Source: Epithemia pelagica (lineage: Eukaryota > Protista > Bacillariophyta). From it: a stretch of DNA of 64,000 bases. Both the position numbers and the translations under genes were made by a program. Of the stretch, positions 45,355-56,192 are shown in pieces. The stretch spans positions 1,550,001 through 1,614,000 of the forward strand of contig OX337239.1 of NCBI GenBank assembly GCA_946965045.2, in the 5' to 3' direction. The notes below the pieces were generated by a model. It was given only the letters and a program-made list of their open reading frames with translations, searched no databases and was not told the DNA's origin. Position 1 is the stretch's first letter; each line of letters begins with the position of its first letter.

Positions 45355-45528
45355 GACCTGATGCAGCCTTCTGGCAGGTTTCTTTCTAACACGCTGTTTG
45401 TTAGAAGGGACAATGGGAGGGATTAAATGGATAACAAGTGATCATATTTATCCTAGATGGGAAGGACGCAAGCTACTTCTAACAAACAGCGTGTTAGAAA
45501 GAAACCTGCCAGAAGGCTGCATCAGGTC
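45355..45528. repeat. Perfect 53-bp inverted repeat with a 68-bp loop, interrupting the left TIR
   Basis: 45355-45407 is the exact reverse complement of 45476-45528. The insert is absent from the right TIR. Confidence 0.9.
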
Positions 45529-46241
45529 AAGGTTCCTCGTACGTCGCGTCAATGGATTTCCGTGGACGTGACGGATTGACGGTGGACGTTGACGTAGACG
45601 TTGAGAGACGCTGAGAGACGTTGACAGCGGAGATGACTAGGATAGATACTTGCATTAATACACATCGTTGAAGCTATCCTTGTTACTGGTGCTAAAGACC
45701 CCTCCATCCTTCATTCTTATTGCCTCTTCCTTTGCCATACTATGCTTGATGACACCAAATAGGCGATAGGCAGAGGAATGTCTTCTAGTGTCACTTGTGT
45801 ATGTTGTTGATTGGCTAGTGAGTCCCGTCCGGACGTTTCAGTGTTGTGTAAGAGATCACGGGTTGGGGGGACAAATGCATCTTCATGCTGGTTACCTTGT
45901 CTATGATGAATAATTGACATCAGGATTGCTAAAACACACTTGAAATGAACGTAAGTAGTGGCATGGATGGCAGTATATTAACGCCATACGTAAGGAACGC
46001 GTTTTAAGCCTAACGGATCAGCAAATAAACTACTCCCATAAAACTTAAGCGATATATGGTTTGTGTCCCATAAACTGCTCCCATCTTAACACGATTTAAA
46101 AAGTGTCGTTTTAACCTCAGCTGCATGTCATTTTTGTTGCATTCATCACGGTGAAGACCATTGAACTCATCAAGCGTAACAGTCTTTGCCCTTCATTGGA
46201 TTGTACACTGCTAAAACATTGTCATTTACCCACTCTCCAAG

Positions 46242-46880
46242 ATGGACGCATCAGAAGGTAAGTTGCCAAAGTGTATAGATCCCTTACTTCCCCATCTCAT
46301 CAACTCATGTTCCTCCGCACCTCATTTGTCTCATTCATGTCATTTTTCAGACCCTCCCATTGACATTGATCAATTCTACAATCCAACCAATGCGGAAGAC
46401 TACGTTCCTTTCACTTTGCAGAGGGCACATACTCTTGTGACGGATGAAAATGGTGGAGTGATCGAAGAGAAAAAAGAATGTACGGAAACGCGTTACATGC
46501 CTCTTCAATACGCCTGTGCTGAGAGCATCGAGCGTATCCTACATGAACTCAATAACAACACTTCCCCCAGTCCCACGCAAGGCTACATGTATTGGGAGCA
46601 TGTGTGCACGACTTGCCAGAGGAACCCCTGCTACATTTTGGAGAACCTCCCGTATCTCCATTCAGTCGCCACCCACTTGAAAGCTACCGGACAGTCTAAT
46701 CGTTCCATCCGTTATCAGCTGTACCGTCGCCTCAGCAACAAAATTCATGGGCCTCTCGGACGAGGTGTTCGAAAGGAGCTCCCTCCCTGCCTAGTTGAGT
46801 TCATTCGGGAAAATTTCCCAAACGAAGACAAAACAGAACCATACGTTGGCTTTCGTGCAAACAGTGATGACTCTGAATAG
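46242..46880 (+). CDS. Accessory protein with a P2X7-ballast/KolX-like C-terminal domain
   Basis: CxxCxxxPC, then NRSIRYQLYR...HGPLGRGVRKELPPCLVEFIRENFP...YVGF. Confidence 0.75.
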   Translation: MDASEGKLPKCIDPLLPHLINSCSSAPHLSHSCHFSDPPIDIDQFYNPTNAEDYVPFTLQRAHTLVTDENGGVIEEKKECTETRYMPLQYACAESIERILHELNNNTSPSPTQGYMYWEHVCTTCQRNPCYILENLPYLHSVATHLKATGQSNRSIRYQLYRRLSNKIHGPLGRGVRKELPPCLVEFIRENFPNEDKTEPYVGFRANSDDSE

Positions 46881-46947
46881 GATACATCTGTCAAATGAAG
46901 ACATGTAATAGGAACTAATAAACTAATACTCGGTATTGGATTATACT

Positions 46948-49900
46948 CTAGACTGTTTCTGCGAGTGATGGCATATCCTCACCCTCACTTGACGCACCTC
47001 CTCCTCCTTCTGACTCTTCATCTGAGGACATCTCATTGTTCTCCATGTAGTTTCCGTCCTCCTCTTCGTCGCTAGTTTCTTCGTTTTCGTTTGGATTTTG
47101 TTGTCTTTCACTTTCCATACTTCTCTTGCGTGCTGCCCGTAGTGGTAGTTTCCTTTTTTCAACATGCAATGGTCCCTCGTCCTCAATATTTTCACTTTCT
47201 TCCGAACTATCTTCTCCATTTGTTCTCGCCACTCTGGCTCGAGCCCGTCGCTGTTGTTGGGTTTCATTGTCATCACCAGCTTCATCAGCTCTTCTTTTCC
47301 GAGTATGACATGGAGTCAATCCGTGACATTCTCGTAGATGCATGATGATAGGATGGTTTTTTTTTGACAGAATACCGGTACCTGCTGTTTTCGTTATTGG
47401 GGACAAAAATGTTCCGTCCATGTTCTGAATGGACAATTTCAAAACATGTAAGCCTCTCGAACTCTTGTAGACCATGGACACGCCATCCTTCTCGCCTTTT
47501 GTGTCCGCAGTGCACCAAATGCGCGGTGATACCACACTTAGCACAAGTTCCAACGTTGGAATGAAGACCTGCCATTTTAAACTTGTCCTTTCTCCATCGA
47601 TACTCCAACAGACAGACAGCACAGGCTACTTGCTTTTTCGGATCCACTGATACGGGAAAGTGACCCTCTTCGCAAACACGGCGTCCGTCGTTGGCCGTAA
47701 TTCTTCGTCCAAGAGCATCCACTTCTACCGGAGCAACGAACTCACACATTTGTTGTGCGACGACTGTGTAATACCCGCACCGTGTAAGTTTGGAGCGACG
47801 CGAACGTGCGCGCTCCCCAGCTGAAAGATTCCATGCAATGTAGGAATTCAAAAGCATGACATCCATAATGCCGAATGCTGCTTTTTTGTACCACTTCTTG
47901 AACTTCACTTTGGTTCCGAACCCACCAAATTGCAATCGCATTTGGTCCCCATTATCTACGCCTCCCATATTCTGCTGATACCGGATGAGTGGAACCGGAC
48001 ACAGCAGCTCCACCTTGTTTGGCCCCACCTGTCTAAGAACTTTTCCGCTTCCCACATCCTCGTAGGAAGATACGAAGTTCACCACCTTAGAGTCAGACCA
48101 CTGACCAAAAATCAAACCATTGACTGGGTCATGGAACAAAAGTGTTTCTCCGCGGTTGGTTTTTCCCTTCTTTAGATTGAGTCTTGCTGAATTCCACCCT
48201 TTCCTATTGGCACGGCATGTCCCAGTGGAAAACAACCGTAGCCTATCACGAAGTGCCACGGCCAATCTTGGTGCTGTGTATCGGTTGTCCATGGATACAT
48301 GTCTGTACCCATCCGTCATTTTGTGCATCTGCAGAGCGTAGCATGCGTTGACTACAGCCTTCATTGTAGTGGGCAATTGCTTTGCTTGTTTTTTGATGTA
48401 CGCGTTGGTTGGATTTTTCCCTTGGTACACATCAATGTGTAGGATCGCGTACGTAGTCGAGGAGGAGAGAATAAAGAAATCCACTCGGAATTTCTGCGGC
48501 TTGTCCTTGTTATATTGCCTAACAGGGCAATATCGAGAGCGGCATCCGATACCTCCCTCGTCGAAAGCTAAATCTCTAGGAACGCGAAAACTTCGCTTCG
48601 ATCCGGCATTGCATGCCGTGATGATTTTCCGTAGCTGGTGACACTTGTCTCCACCTCTCGCACTTGACTTCTCCTCCAAGTGGAAAGCTCCGCGAATTTG
48701 ACGAAACCGTCCAAGCTTCATATACTTGGAAGCCCATCCAGCAGTGTCTTTGATTTCAATGACTGGATGGGCAACTCCAATGTTGTATGTCCGGTTGGTT
48801 GTTTGGAAATGTGCAGTGTAGCCTCCGGCATCAACAGGTCGCAGAGACATCATCAGCAACAGTCCAAGAAAGCGAACCATTTCTTCCAAAGACACATCTA
48901 CCCATCTTTGGGAATGGTAATAATGACGGCGTGAAGGAAGCTTGGGCTCAATCTTTTGATGGAAATAGTCATTCGTTGCGTTAGCAAGTCGAGCTATAAG
49001 GTCCATGGAAAGACCACCAACGAATTGTAGACATTCAAATGGAGTGGTGAAACTTTCTGCAACGTTGTCCTTCAGACCATCCGGTCCATTATACATGGAC
49101 CTATGATTGGCATCATTGCCTATCCAATGAGATGGCTGATCCGACATTTCCGTTTCCTGGTAAGAAAAGACCAGAGCGTTCATCATTTCCCTAATTGTTG
49201 TCGGTTCTGTTGAATTTTCTTGTTCCTCATCTTCTGTTCGCTCCTCTTCATAGTCGAGGTCAGAATCTCCTCTGTCATCAAGTGCGTTCTCGGGACGATC
49301 ATGATACTCGGGGTCTTCACAAGCGTTTTCTTCGTCGTCGGTGTCTGAATCAGAAGAATCGTCTTGTGTAGTGGCAGGAGCACTTCGGAGATTGCGTCTT
49401 GAAGAACCACCACTGTCAGTGGTTGTGGTTCCACTCCCAAAAAGTCGTGTCAATTGTTGTTGTATGTTGTGGGCTGGCGTCGTGTCTTGGTTCTCTTCAT
49501 CATCAACGGAGGTAGATGAATTCAAAACAGTCGGGGATGCGTCCTCCTCTGTTGCAGTGTTGAGTTGTGCTCTGCGTTGGGCACGTTCTGCAGTCGAAGG
49601 AATTTGAGATTGAGGGATGAGTTGTCCGGAACATGAACTGTCGTCGTCGTCTTTGTCGTTATTGCGGTTACGGGTCATTTCATCGTCGCGGTTGGTCGTT
49701 GGGAGAGATACGCCGGTCGTTGGGAGAGATACGCCAGTTGCAGTCTGAGTCACTTGGTGGGCATCCAGACTGTGTGTCCCCTGGGTTTGTTCGACAGTTG
49801 GTTGTGCAGCAGTGGTGTTGGAAAGGGTGTTGTTGTTCTCTTGAGACGGAGGATTCTTCCTGTTTGGCGAGGACTGTTTGCGCCGGTGAACGAAATCAAG

Positions 49901-50305
49901 AATGTAATTTTTCAATACTCCTTTCAAATACTGAGACGACTTGAAGTGGCGTTTAAGCCATTGGGGGTTCAGGGTGGGATGTTGGAGTAAGTCCCACACA
50001 ATTACGTACATATTCCCATTCTTCGACGATGGACAAGACACAACACGACCATCCAGGTGTAAGGGTGTTCTCTCATCGCGACCAGGGAAAGCTTGCGAGA
50101 ACAGATCGACGTAGTTTCTGTCCAACCAAAAGGAATGGGGAGCGATGAGCTGCTTCTTCGCGTACGAAAAACGGGACCTTTGCACAGGAGCGGGAGGTGG
50201 TGGTGGCTTTGTATTTTGCTGTGTCGAGTCGGCAAGTAAATTTTGCGATTGTAATGATTCCGACGTTTGTGTCTCTTCAGGCTGGTTGGATGCCTGGGAG
50301 GACAT
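46948..50305 (-). CDS. piggyBac (PGBD-type) DDD transposase with a 1-nt frameshift at a T9 run (47357-47365)
   Basis: LAFDE, YNKDKPQKF, SMDNRY, GTCRANR, WSDSKVV, MGGVDNGD and a C-terminal Cys-rich domain. Natural continuation KKNHPIIMHLREC lies in the adjacent frame, ending at 46948. Confidence 0.9.
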
Positions 50306-52062
50306 GGTATTCGGTATACCTCTTCTTTGGGTTATGACAGAGCAGAATGGAGGACGGTAACACTGTCGAGGTATTGTATATGAAGATACAGATGGTCGAA
50401 GTTGCACCTCTGGCGAGGGGGTCGAAAAATGAGCGAAAATGCCCAATCTTTGACTAACGAAACAGTGGTGAAAAGGTAAAAATCAGTGTAGACTATGATA
50501 TATGAAAATGTTCAAAATTCCACAAACTATTAGAATTACAAGTGAAAAAGACAATGACGTCTATATTCCAATTAGTAGATGTCTTCAAAGTTATGGGAGG
50601 AGTGTATATACTGCTCGAATTTATGGGAACAGTGTATATACTGCTCCCTTACGTATGGCGTTAAAGGTAGGTTTCTGTTCTTCATTCTTCAACGTCGCGT
50701 CTACGTCAATAGATTTTGGGAGACGTGACGAGCTGACCCTGGTCACGTCACGTCCAACGTCAAATACGTCACTTTACGTCGACCGAGGAACCTTGATCAG
50801 GTCGCTTCGATTCTTTCGCTTCATGGTTCATGTTTCATGGTTCGATGTCAAGATTTTTTGCGACGAGATGAGAGCATCCGAAATTTGAATCGTGACGCCA
50901 ACCACCAACTGTCATTTTGACGCCGGCCCTTCCAATGGAAGGATTACTTAGACGCGTGGCAGGTGAGACGGGCGGTAGACTTCACACAGTAGAGTTAAGG
51001 TTTAGTCTGTCTGCTGTCCTTGTTTCTGCGGACCTCTAAAGGCGAATAACTTTTTATCTGTAGGTTCTTTCTGGGCTTATGGGTTACCCCCACATTCCTC
51101 ACGTTCCGAGCTTTCTATCACACTGCCTGACATTACATGGGAGTGAATCAAAGAAGAGAAACAAGAGATAAAGCATGATGGGTATTATGATTAGGGTTAA
51201 GGCTACGCATTGAAGCACGGTCTTTCCCCTGACTGGAATTGTGCGACCAAACGTTCTCTACAACCCCGAGGTTGAAAATTAATTTACTAAGAAATTAATT
51301 GTAGTGTGTGAATGGAATCTTAAGAAAAATTATCCGAAATTGCGTAGTCCTGTCCCCTCCTCTTAATTTTTGTACATTCCGGGGGGACAGGAATCCGCAA
51401 ATTACGGTAGCTACTCTAGAATGCTATTTTATGACTTTTAGCTTTGAAACAATAGACAATTTCTAGATCATATGAGCTCACGTTAGAAAGTCTTGTTGAT
51501 CGTACTCTTTATTTTCCGTACTCGTACTTACGGAAGTCTTCTATTGATTGTACTCTCTACTATGCATACTTACGGTAGCTACGAGTATAGAGTAGACTGT
51601 CTCATATGAATCGGGCTAACGGATAAACTTCGATTCGGAAGCTGGCGCTCCGAACGCCGAATGCCGAATCTATTACATCATGTCTCATGTCGTATCGCTT
51701 GATAAGTAATATGGACGGCTTTAAGCCTCGCTCTGGAACCAGAACAAGCCTAAATCCACCTTATGTACTGAATCCAAGAACGTGTGAGGAAGAACGACTT
51801 ATGAGCTTTTTCCTTTTGAGTTATCGGTTTATGAAGAAAAGTTCAGGTGTTATTGGAATTTGGATGCTTTGTGTATGATAAGCCAGCATCGATTTTTAAG
51901 GTCTGTTGAAACTAGGATCAAGGGATGGATAAAACCAACTCATCATCCTATGTCAACTCTCTGCACTCTTATTTTGTTATTTTGACTGCTCCCTTCCCGA
52001 CCCATTCTCCATTTGGTTGGTCCTTGGTCTCTCGACTCTCGATCCCGAGTAAAACAACACTA

Positions 52063-53070
52063 ATGGACAGAGCTTCTCTGCGAAACCTTTTCCTCGCCAA
52101 TGGCATTGATGCTGAACATGCTGCCCCATCTGACGCGTTGGTTTCATCATCATCTTCATCTTTTGGAACCGTCAGCAATAACAACGCCCAGCAACCATCA
52201 AATCAGGGCGATGTAGCCGGATACCCCTTTCTCCTTCAAGAGTATTTGAGACAGCAGAACCAACAGCAACAGGAAGCCGCATTGCAAAATGTGTCAAGTG
52301 TAGGTCTCGACAACATGCCTCTCATGGGAATGCCAGGTCCAACCATTTCAAATCGGAGCTTCGCCAGTTTTGACAGTACCGCTGGCAACCCCGCATTGAG
52401 TCTACAGGGTCCCGCTCGAAACGCCAACTGGTTTGTGGCTCCTGGACCACCGAGTGTGGCAGGGACACAAACATCGTCCGCCAGTGACCTCTCCACCTCT
52501 GATCGAATGCTTCTAGAGAGACTGCAAGTTCAAGCCAACGCATCCTTTGGTGTGGTGGGAAACAATACTCCGCCATCCGTGTCCCTAGACCCCTACGCTC
52601 AGCAAGGGATTCTGGGTCCCTGGAGCGAGCGCTCTGCAGGACTGTTGGGCTCCATGGTGTCTACAGAAGGCACAAGTCAGCCGGGAAAGGTGAAACGTAC
52701 ACGGCGCAAGCAACCCAAGGACAAACCGAAACGTCCCCTGTCGGCCTACAACATTTTCTTCAAAGAAGAACGGGCAAGATTATTAAGCAAGGCCCCAACG
52801 GACGGTTCTGATGGGGGCGAATCCAGTCAAAAGCGGACTGCCAGTGGCAAGATTGGATTTGAAAACCTGGCCAAGATTATTGGTGGGAAATGGCAAGACC
52901 TTCAGCCTCGTGAAGTGGAATACTATAAGACCAAGGCCAGTGCAGATATGGAGCGATATAAGAAGGAAATGGATGAGTACAACAAGAAACAAAGCAGTGC
53001 GATACAGAATGATGAATCCGAGGAAATTGATGGAGTGGAAGAAAATGCATCCAAGCGACAAAAGTCATAG
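52063..53070 (+). CDS. HMG-box DNA-binding protein
   Basis: KPKRPLSAYNIFF...GFENLAKIIGGKW...DMERYKKEM. Confidence 0.92.
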   Translation: MDRASLRNLFLANGIDAEHAAPSDALVSSSSSSFGTVSNNNAQQPSNQGDVAGYPFLLQEYLRQQNQQQQEAALQNVSSVGLDNMPLMGMPGPTISNRSFASFDSTAGNPALSLQGPARNANWFVAPGPPSVAGTQTSSASDLSTSDRMLLERLQVQANASFGVVGNNTPPSVSLDPYAQQGILGPWSERSAGLLGSMVSTEGTSQPGKVKRTRRKQPKDKPKRPLSAYNIFFKEERARLLSKAPTDGSDGGESSQKRTASGKIGFENLAKIIGGKWQDLQPREVEYYKTKASADMERYKKEMDEYNKKQSSAIQNDESEEIDGVEENASKRQKS

Positions 53071-53316
53071 AACCTTTGTACATCATCTACTCCTAATAGA
53101 AAGCCACCTTGTACTTGTCAGAAAGAGTTAGTTTTCAGCTGTTGGTTTTCTCATCACGTAGTTTACTGATGTTGCTTTTAATCGTATGTTCAAAGCACCG
53201 CAACTCACGTTCGGTCTTACCGCACCATCTCGAGATGACCCTGGGAGTGAAAACTGGACGCGGAGTGCTAACCTTACGAGGTAGTATTGGAGTCATGATA
53301 CCGATTTGAGTCACTA

Positions 53317-53856
53317 ATGCCATCATTCCGACTATCATAGAACCCCTACAGTGCACTTGCCGACGATTCCGACGACGAGGAACCCAACCCAACGAATAAC
53401 CCCACCGCAACACCAACCAAGGAACCTACCACCACCAAGGAGCCTACCACCACACCAACCACACCACCACCCGACTCTAATCTCTTCTCCTCTCAGGAAG
53501 ACGAACACGACGACAACCAACGACCCCCAGACCACCTACTCTACCGCATCCCGTCGAACCATTTTTCCCAGGACACCACTCATGAACTAGAATTGCTCGA
53601 CGACTACCTCAGGAGCAACGACCCCTCCCTGCTGACCACTTTCACAGACCAACTCGTCGACAAACTCGCCTCCTTCAATGACACCGATGCCAAAACAATC
53701 TGGCAATTCGCCCACGACCTAATCCAAGACCCCAACACCATCTTCCAACCAGAACCCCACAATAACCCCAACAACAACCCCACAACCGACATGGAAATCG
53801 ACGAAAACCCCACAAACTCCACCGACCCCACGGGGGGACAAACAAACAATGAGTAG
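53317..53856 (+). pseudogene. 5' ORF segment of the CRE-like element with an in-frame TAG at codon 8
   Basis: ATG at 53317, TAG at 53338-53340, then open NPYSALADDSDDEE... to TAG 53854-53856, which lies just past the next ATG at 53849. Confidence 0.55.
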
Positions 53857-54273
53857 CCCAAAACACTCCAAACCCACGACACCACCCTCCCAAACCACTT
53901 GCCCCTACCCCAATTGCTCTTGGCATTCCACCCCCATCTCCACCCACCGACAAACCACCGATCAAATTCGCCTCCACCTCCAACAAGCCCACCCCGACGA
54001 GCCAACCACACACCTTACCGACCGCTTCTGTCACCACCACAACCTCCACCCCTGCCGTCTATGCAACGAACCAACCGCAATCTTCCTCACCCCAAGACAC
54101 CTCCAAACGCACACCAACAAAAGCCACTGCCGCCAAGCCACAAACCTCGACATCATCAGATCCAACCTCCGACACCTCTCACCAACACAATCACAACAAT
54201 GGCTAGACCAACTAGCCTTCCTCCACAATCTCCCCCTCACTCCTCCACCGTTCCGCCGGTCATCATTCACCAA

Positions 54274-55056
54274 TGTTAGAATTCTCACCGTCTATGGTGG
54301 TTAGATTCTACATCTCATCGAATCCCCATGTCACATAGCCTCGTGCTATCGCATCATGCCATCTAGCTTCGAGCTATGTTCCCTAGCTTCGCGCTATATC
54401 GACCTATATTTCTTCGCAAATCATGAAAAGTGAGAATAGATTGACGAACTCACTCTCAAGACTAAACTGGGTCGTGCGGTATTACAACGGACGCAAATTT
54501 GGCCGTTGCTCGGACATTATACTAACGCCCTAAGCGTACGCGCCCGAAATCATCGAGCGCGCCCAAGCGACATCCGAGCGCTGTCGGCATCTATCCGACT
54601 CAACGGTCTAAGTATCCCAAGCACGACACACGATCACGCGAGACCATATTTCCATTCCCACAATCTCCAAATTGTCAACAAGCTGCGCGCCATGAAAACA
54701 ACTATGCCAACCCAAAGCAAGAGCTGTTGACCCTGTATATGTTATCCGTCCACATATACATGTCATATACATCACATGAATCGACTCCAACTATTCCAAA
54801 CCTGTTGCCGCCAAGAACCTATGACACATGACCCTTGGCAGGACCGAACATTTCACGTAGACCTATCGTAGTAATCAACACACAATCTAACAATATCACC
54901 ATTTATCACATCTTCTTTTGTGTCCCGACTATCCTTCTGATAGACTTCGACTTGCTTGCTTCTCTGACCCTGAGAAGCTTGTATCGGTTGGTGACCTACC
55001 TGATTGTCTGCTCTACCGAGCATCAATGTCCCTACGATTCAGAAAGAATTGTAACA
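54274..55056 (+). repeat. Copia 5' LTR
   Basis: Matches 61875-62657. Confidence 0.97.
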
Positions 55057-55071
55057 GATTAACAGTCTCAA
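55057..55071 (+). promoter_or_regulatory. Putative primer-binding site complementary to a tRNA-Asn(GUU) anticodon arm
   Basis: The reverse complement of gattaacagtctcaa is TTGAGA-CTGTTAA-TC, containing a canonical CU-GUU-AA loop. Confidence 0.5.
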
Positions 55072-55092
55072 AGCTTATTTCCTTGTGGTTTC

Positions 55093-55872
55093 ATGGATAC
55101 TAACAAGCTTATCACTCCTGTACGACAGATCTATCGAGCCAAACTGCATCCCGGGCAGCCCGATACCCTGGTGCAGCAGGAACTGGTGCCGACGCCGAAG
55201 GCAGCCAACACATCGGTCAACATCTCCGTCGACAGTTCCAACAGCAACCCATTCGAGACTCCAACCCAGCCTCACGCTCCGATCCCTGCGCCGTTGCTTC
55301 GGCCCCCGAGTCCGCCTCGTCGGCTCGTCCCTTCTCGATCCCGTCGTACCACCCGGTTGATTGCTGATCATATCAAGTACTTCCGTCAACCAACTTGTTC
55401 GACCTTCGATCCCGAGATCATCCGTGGGGAGACCCAGATCGAACGCCAGTTCCAATCGGTGACCCACATCGTCGACCAAGAAGACATTGACCGTCTGAAC
55501 GACCAACTTCATCGTTCTCCGAGGCGTCGCCTCATCTTGGCCGCCCTCTCGGGCAACCCCATCCGTACTGTCCACCTCCGCTTCCTAACCTTCGAGCGCC
55601 CAACTGGATACTACAATACCATCCACGTCGTGAACGCGACGACTTGCCCTCTGCCCCCTAACGTTGTACGCCTAGATAACTACGTTGCCTACATCCACGA
55701 GGTCCATACCATCGAGGACCATCGTGCAACTATCTTCCCTTTGCGTACCGAGGTCGAGAACCACCTGGCTGAAGGTGATACCCCTTCTCCTGTTGCTTGT
55801 GCTGCCCCATCTGAGCCTGGAAACGACTCTGATCATTCGGAAGAGAGTGGGGATTCGGAGACCGAAGCTTAA
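55093..55872 (+). CDS. Extra ORF of unknown function (259 aa) between the 5' LTR and gag
   Basis: ATG-initiated, stop-free ORF on the element's sense strand; Pro-rich N-terminus and acidic tail. Confidence 0.7.
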   Translation: MDTNKLITPVRQIYRAKLHPGQPDTLVQQELVPTPKAANTSVNISVDSSNSNPFETPTQPHAPIPAPLLRPPSPPRRLVPSRSRRTTRLIADHIKYFRQPTCSTFDPEIIRGETQIERQFQSVTHIVDQEDIDRLNDQLHRSPRRRLILAALSGNPIRTVHLRFLTFERPTGYYNTIHVVNATTCPLPPNVVRLDNYVAYIHEVHTIEDHRATIFPLRTEVENHLAEGDTPSPVACAAPSEPGNDSDHSEESGDSETEA

Positions 55873-55924
55873 TTACTCATAGTTAACTCCCGTCCTCTCA
55901 AAACCTTTCCAAGACTTAAACTCA

Positions 55925-56190
55925 ACGCACATCCGGGTACCCTTGGTCGCACAACACGCCACACATTCCCGTCAAATCGCGAAAATTCGGCGAAAATTTG
56001 TTGAAACTCGGCGAAAATTTGTCGGAATCAACGGAAATTTCCAGGAGTCGCACATCACAACACACATCCGGGTATCACATACGTGGTACATACGTGGCAC
56101 ACGTGGTACATCCGGGTTCACATCACATCACACATTAAATAAACCACATCACACCGCACATTAAATAAACATCGAACCAACCAAATAACA
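55925..56190 (+). repeat. Short tandem-repeat cluster in the copia gag leader
   Basis: acatccgggt x3, cggcgaaaatttg x2, cacattaaataaac x2, acgtgg(t/c)aca x3. Confidence 0.8.
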
Positions 56191-56192
56191 CC

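Larger units (their letters stand above)
45111..51047 (-). mobile_element. piggyBac-transposase element with 252-bp TIRs and an accessory gene
   Basis: TIRs 45111-45362 and 50796-51047 with 2 mismatches. GACGT-rich subterminal arrays on both sides. No TTAA at the ends. Confidence 0.85.
45045..51407. mobile_element. Tc1/mariner-type non-autonomous element (about 426 bp when empty) interrupted by the piggyBac-like element
   Basis: Perfect inverted ends ccgtaatttgcggattcctgtcccccc (45045-45071 and 51381-51407) flanked by TA. Confidence 0.85.
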
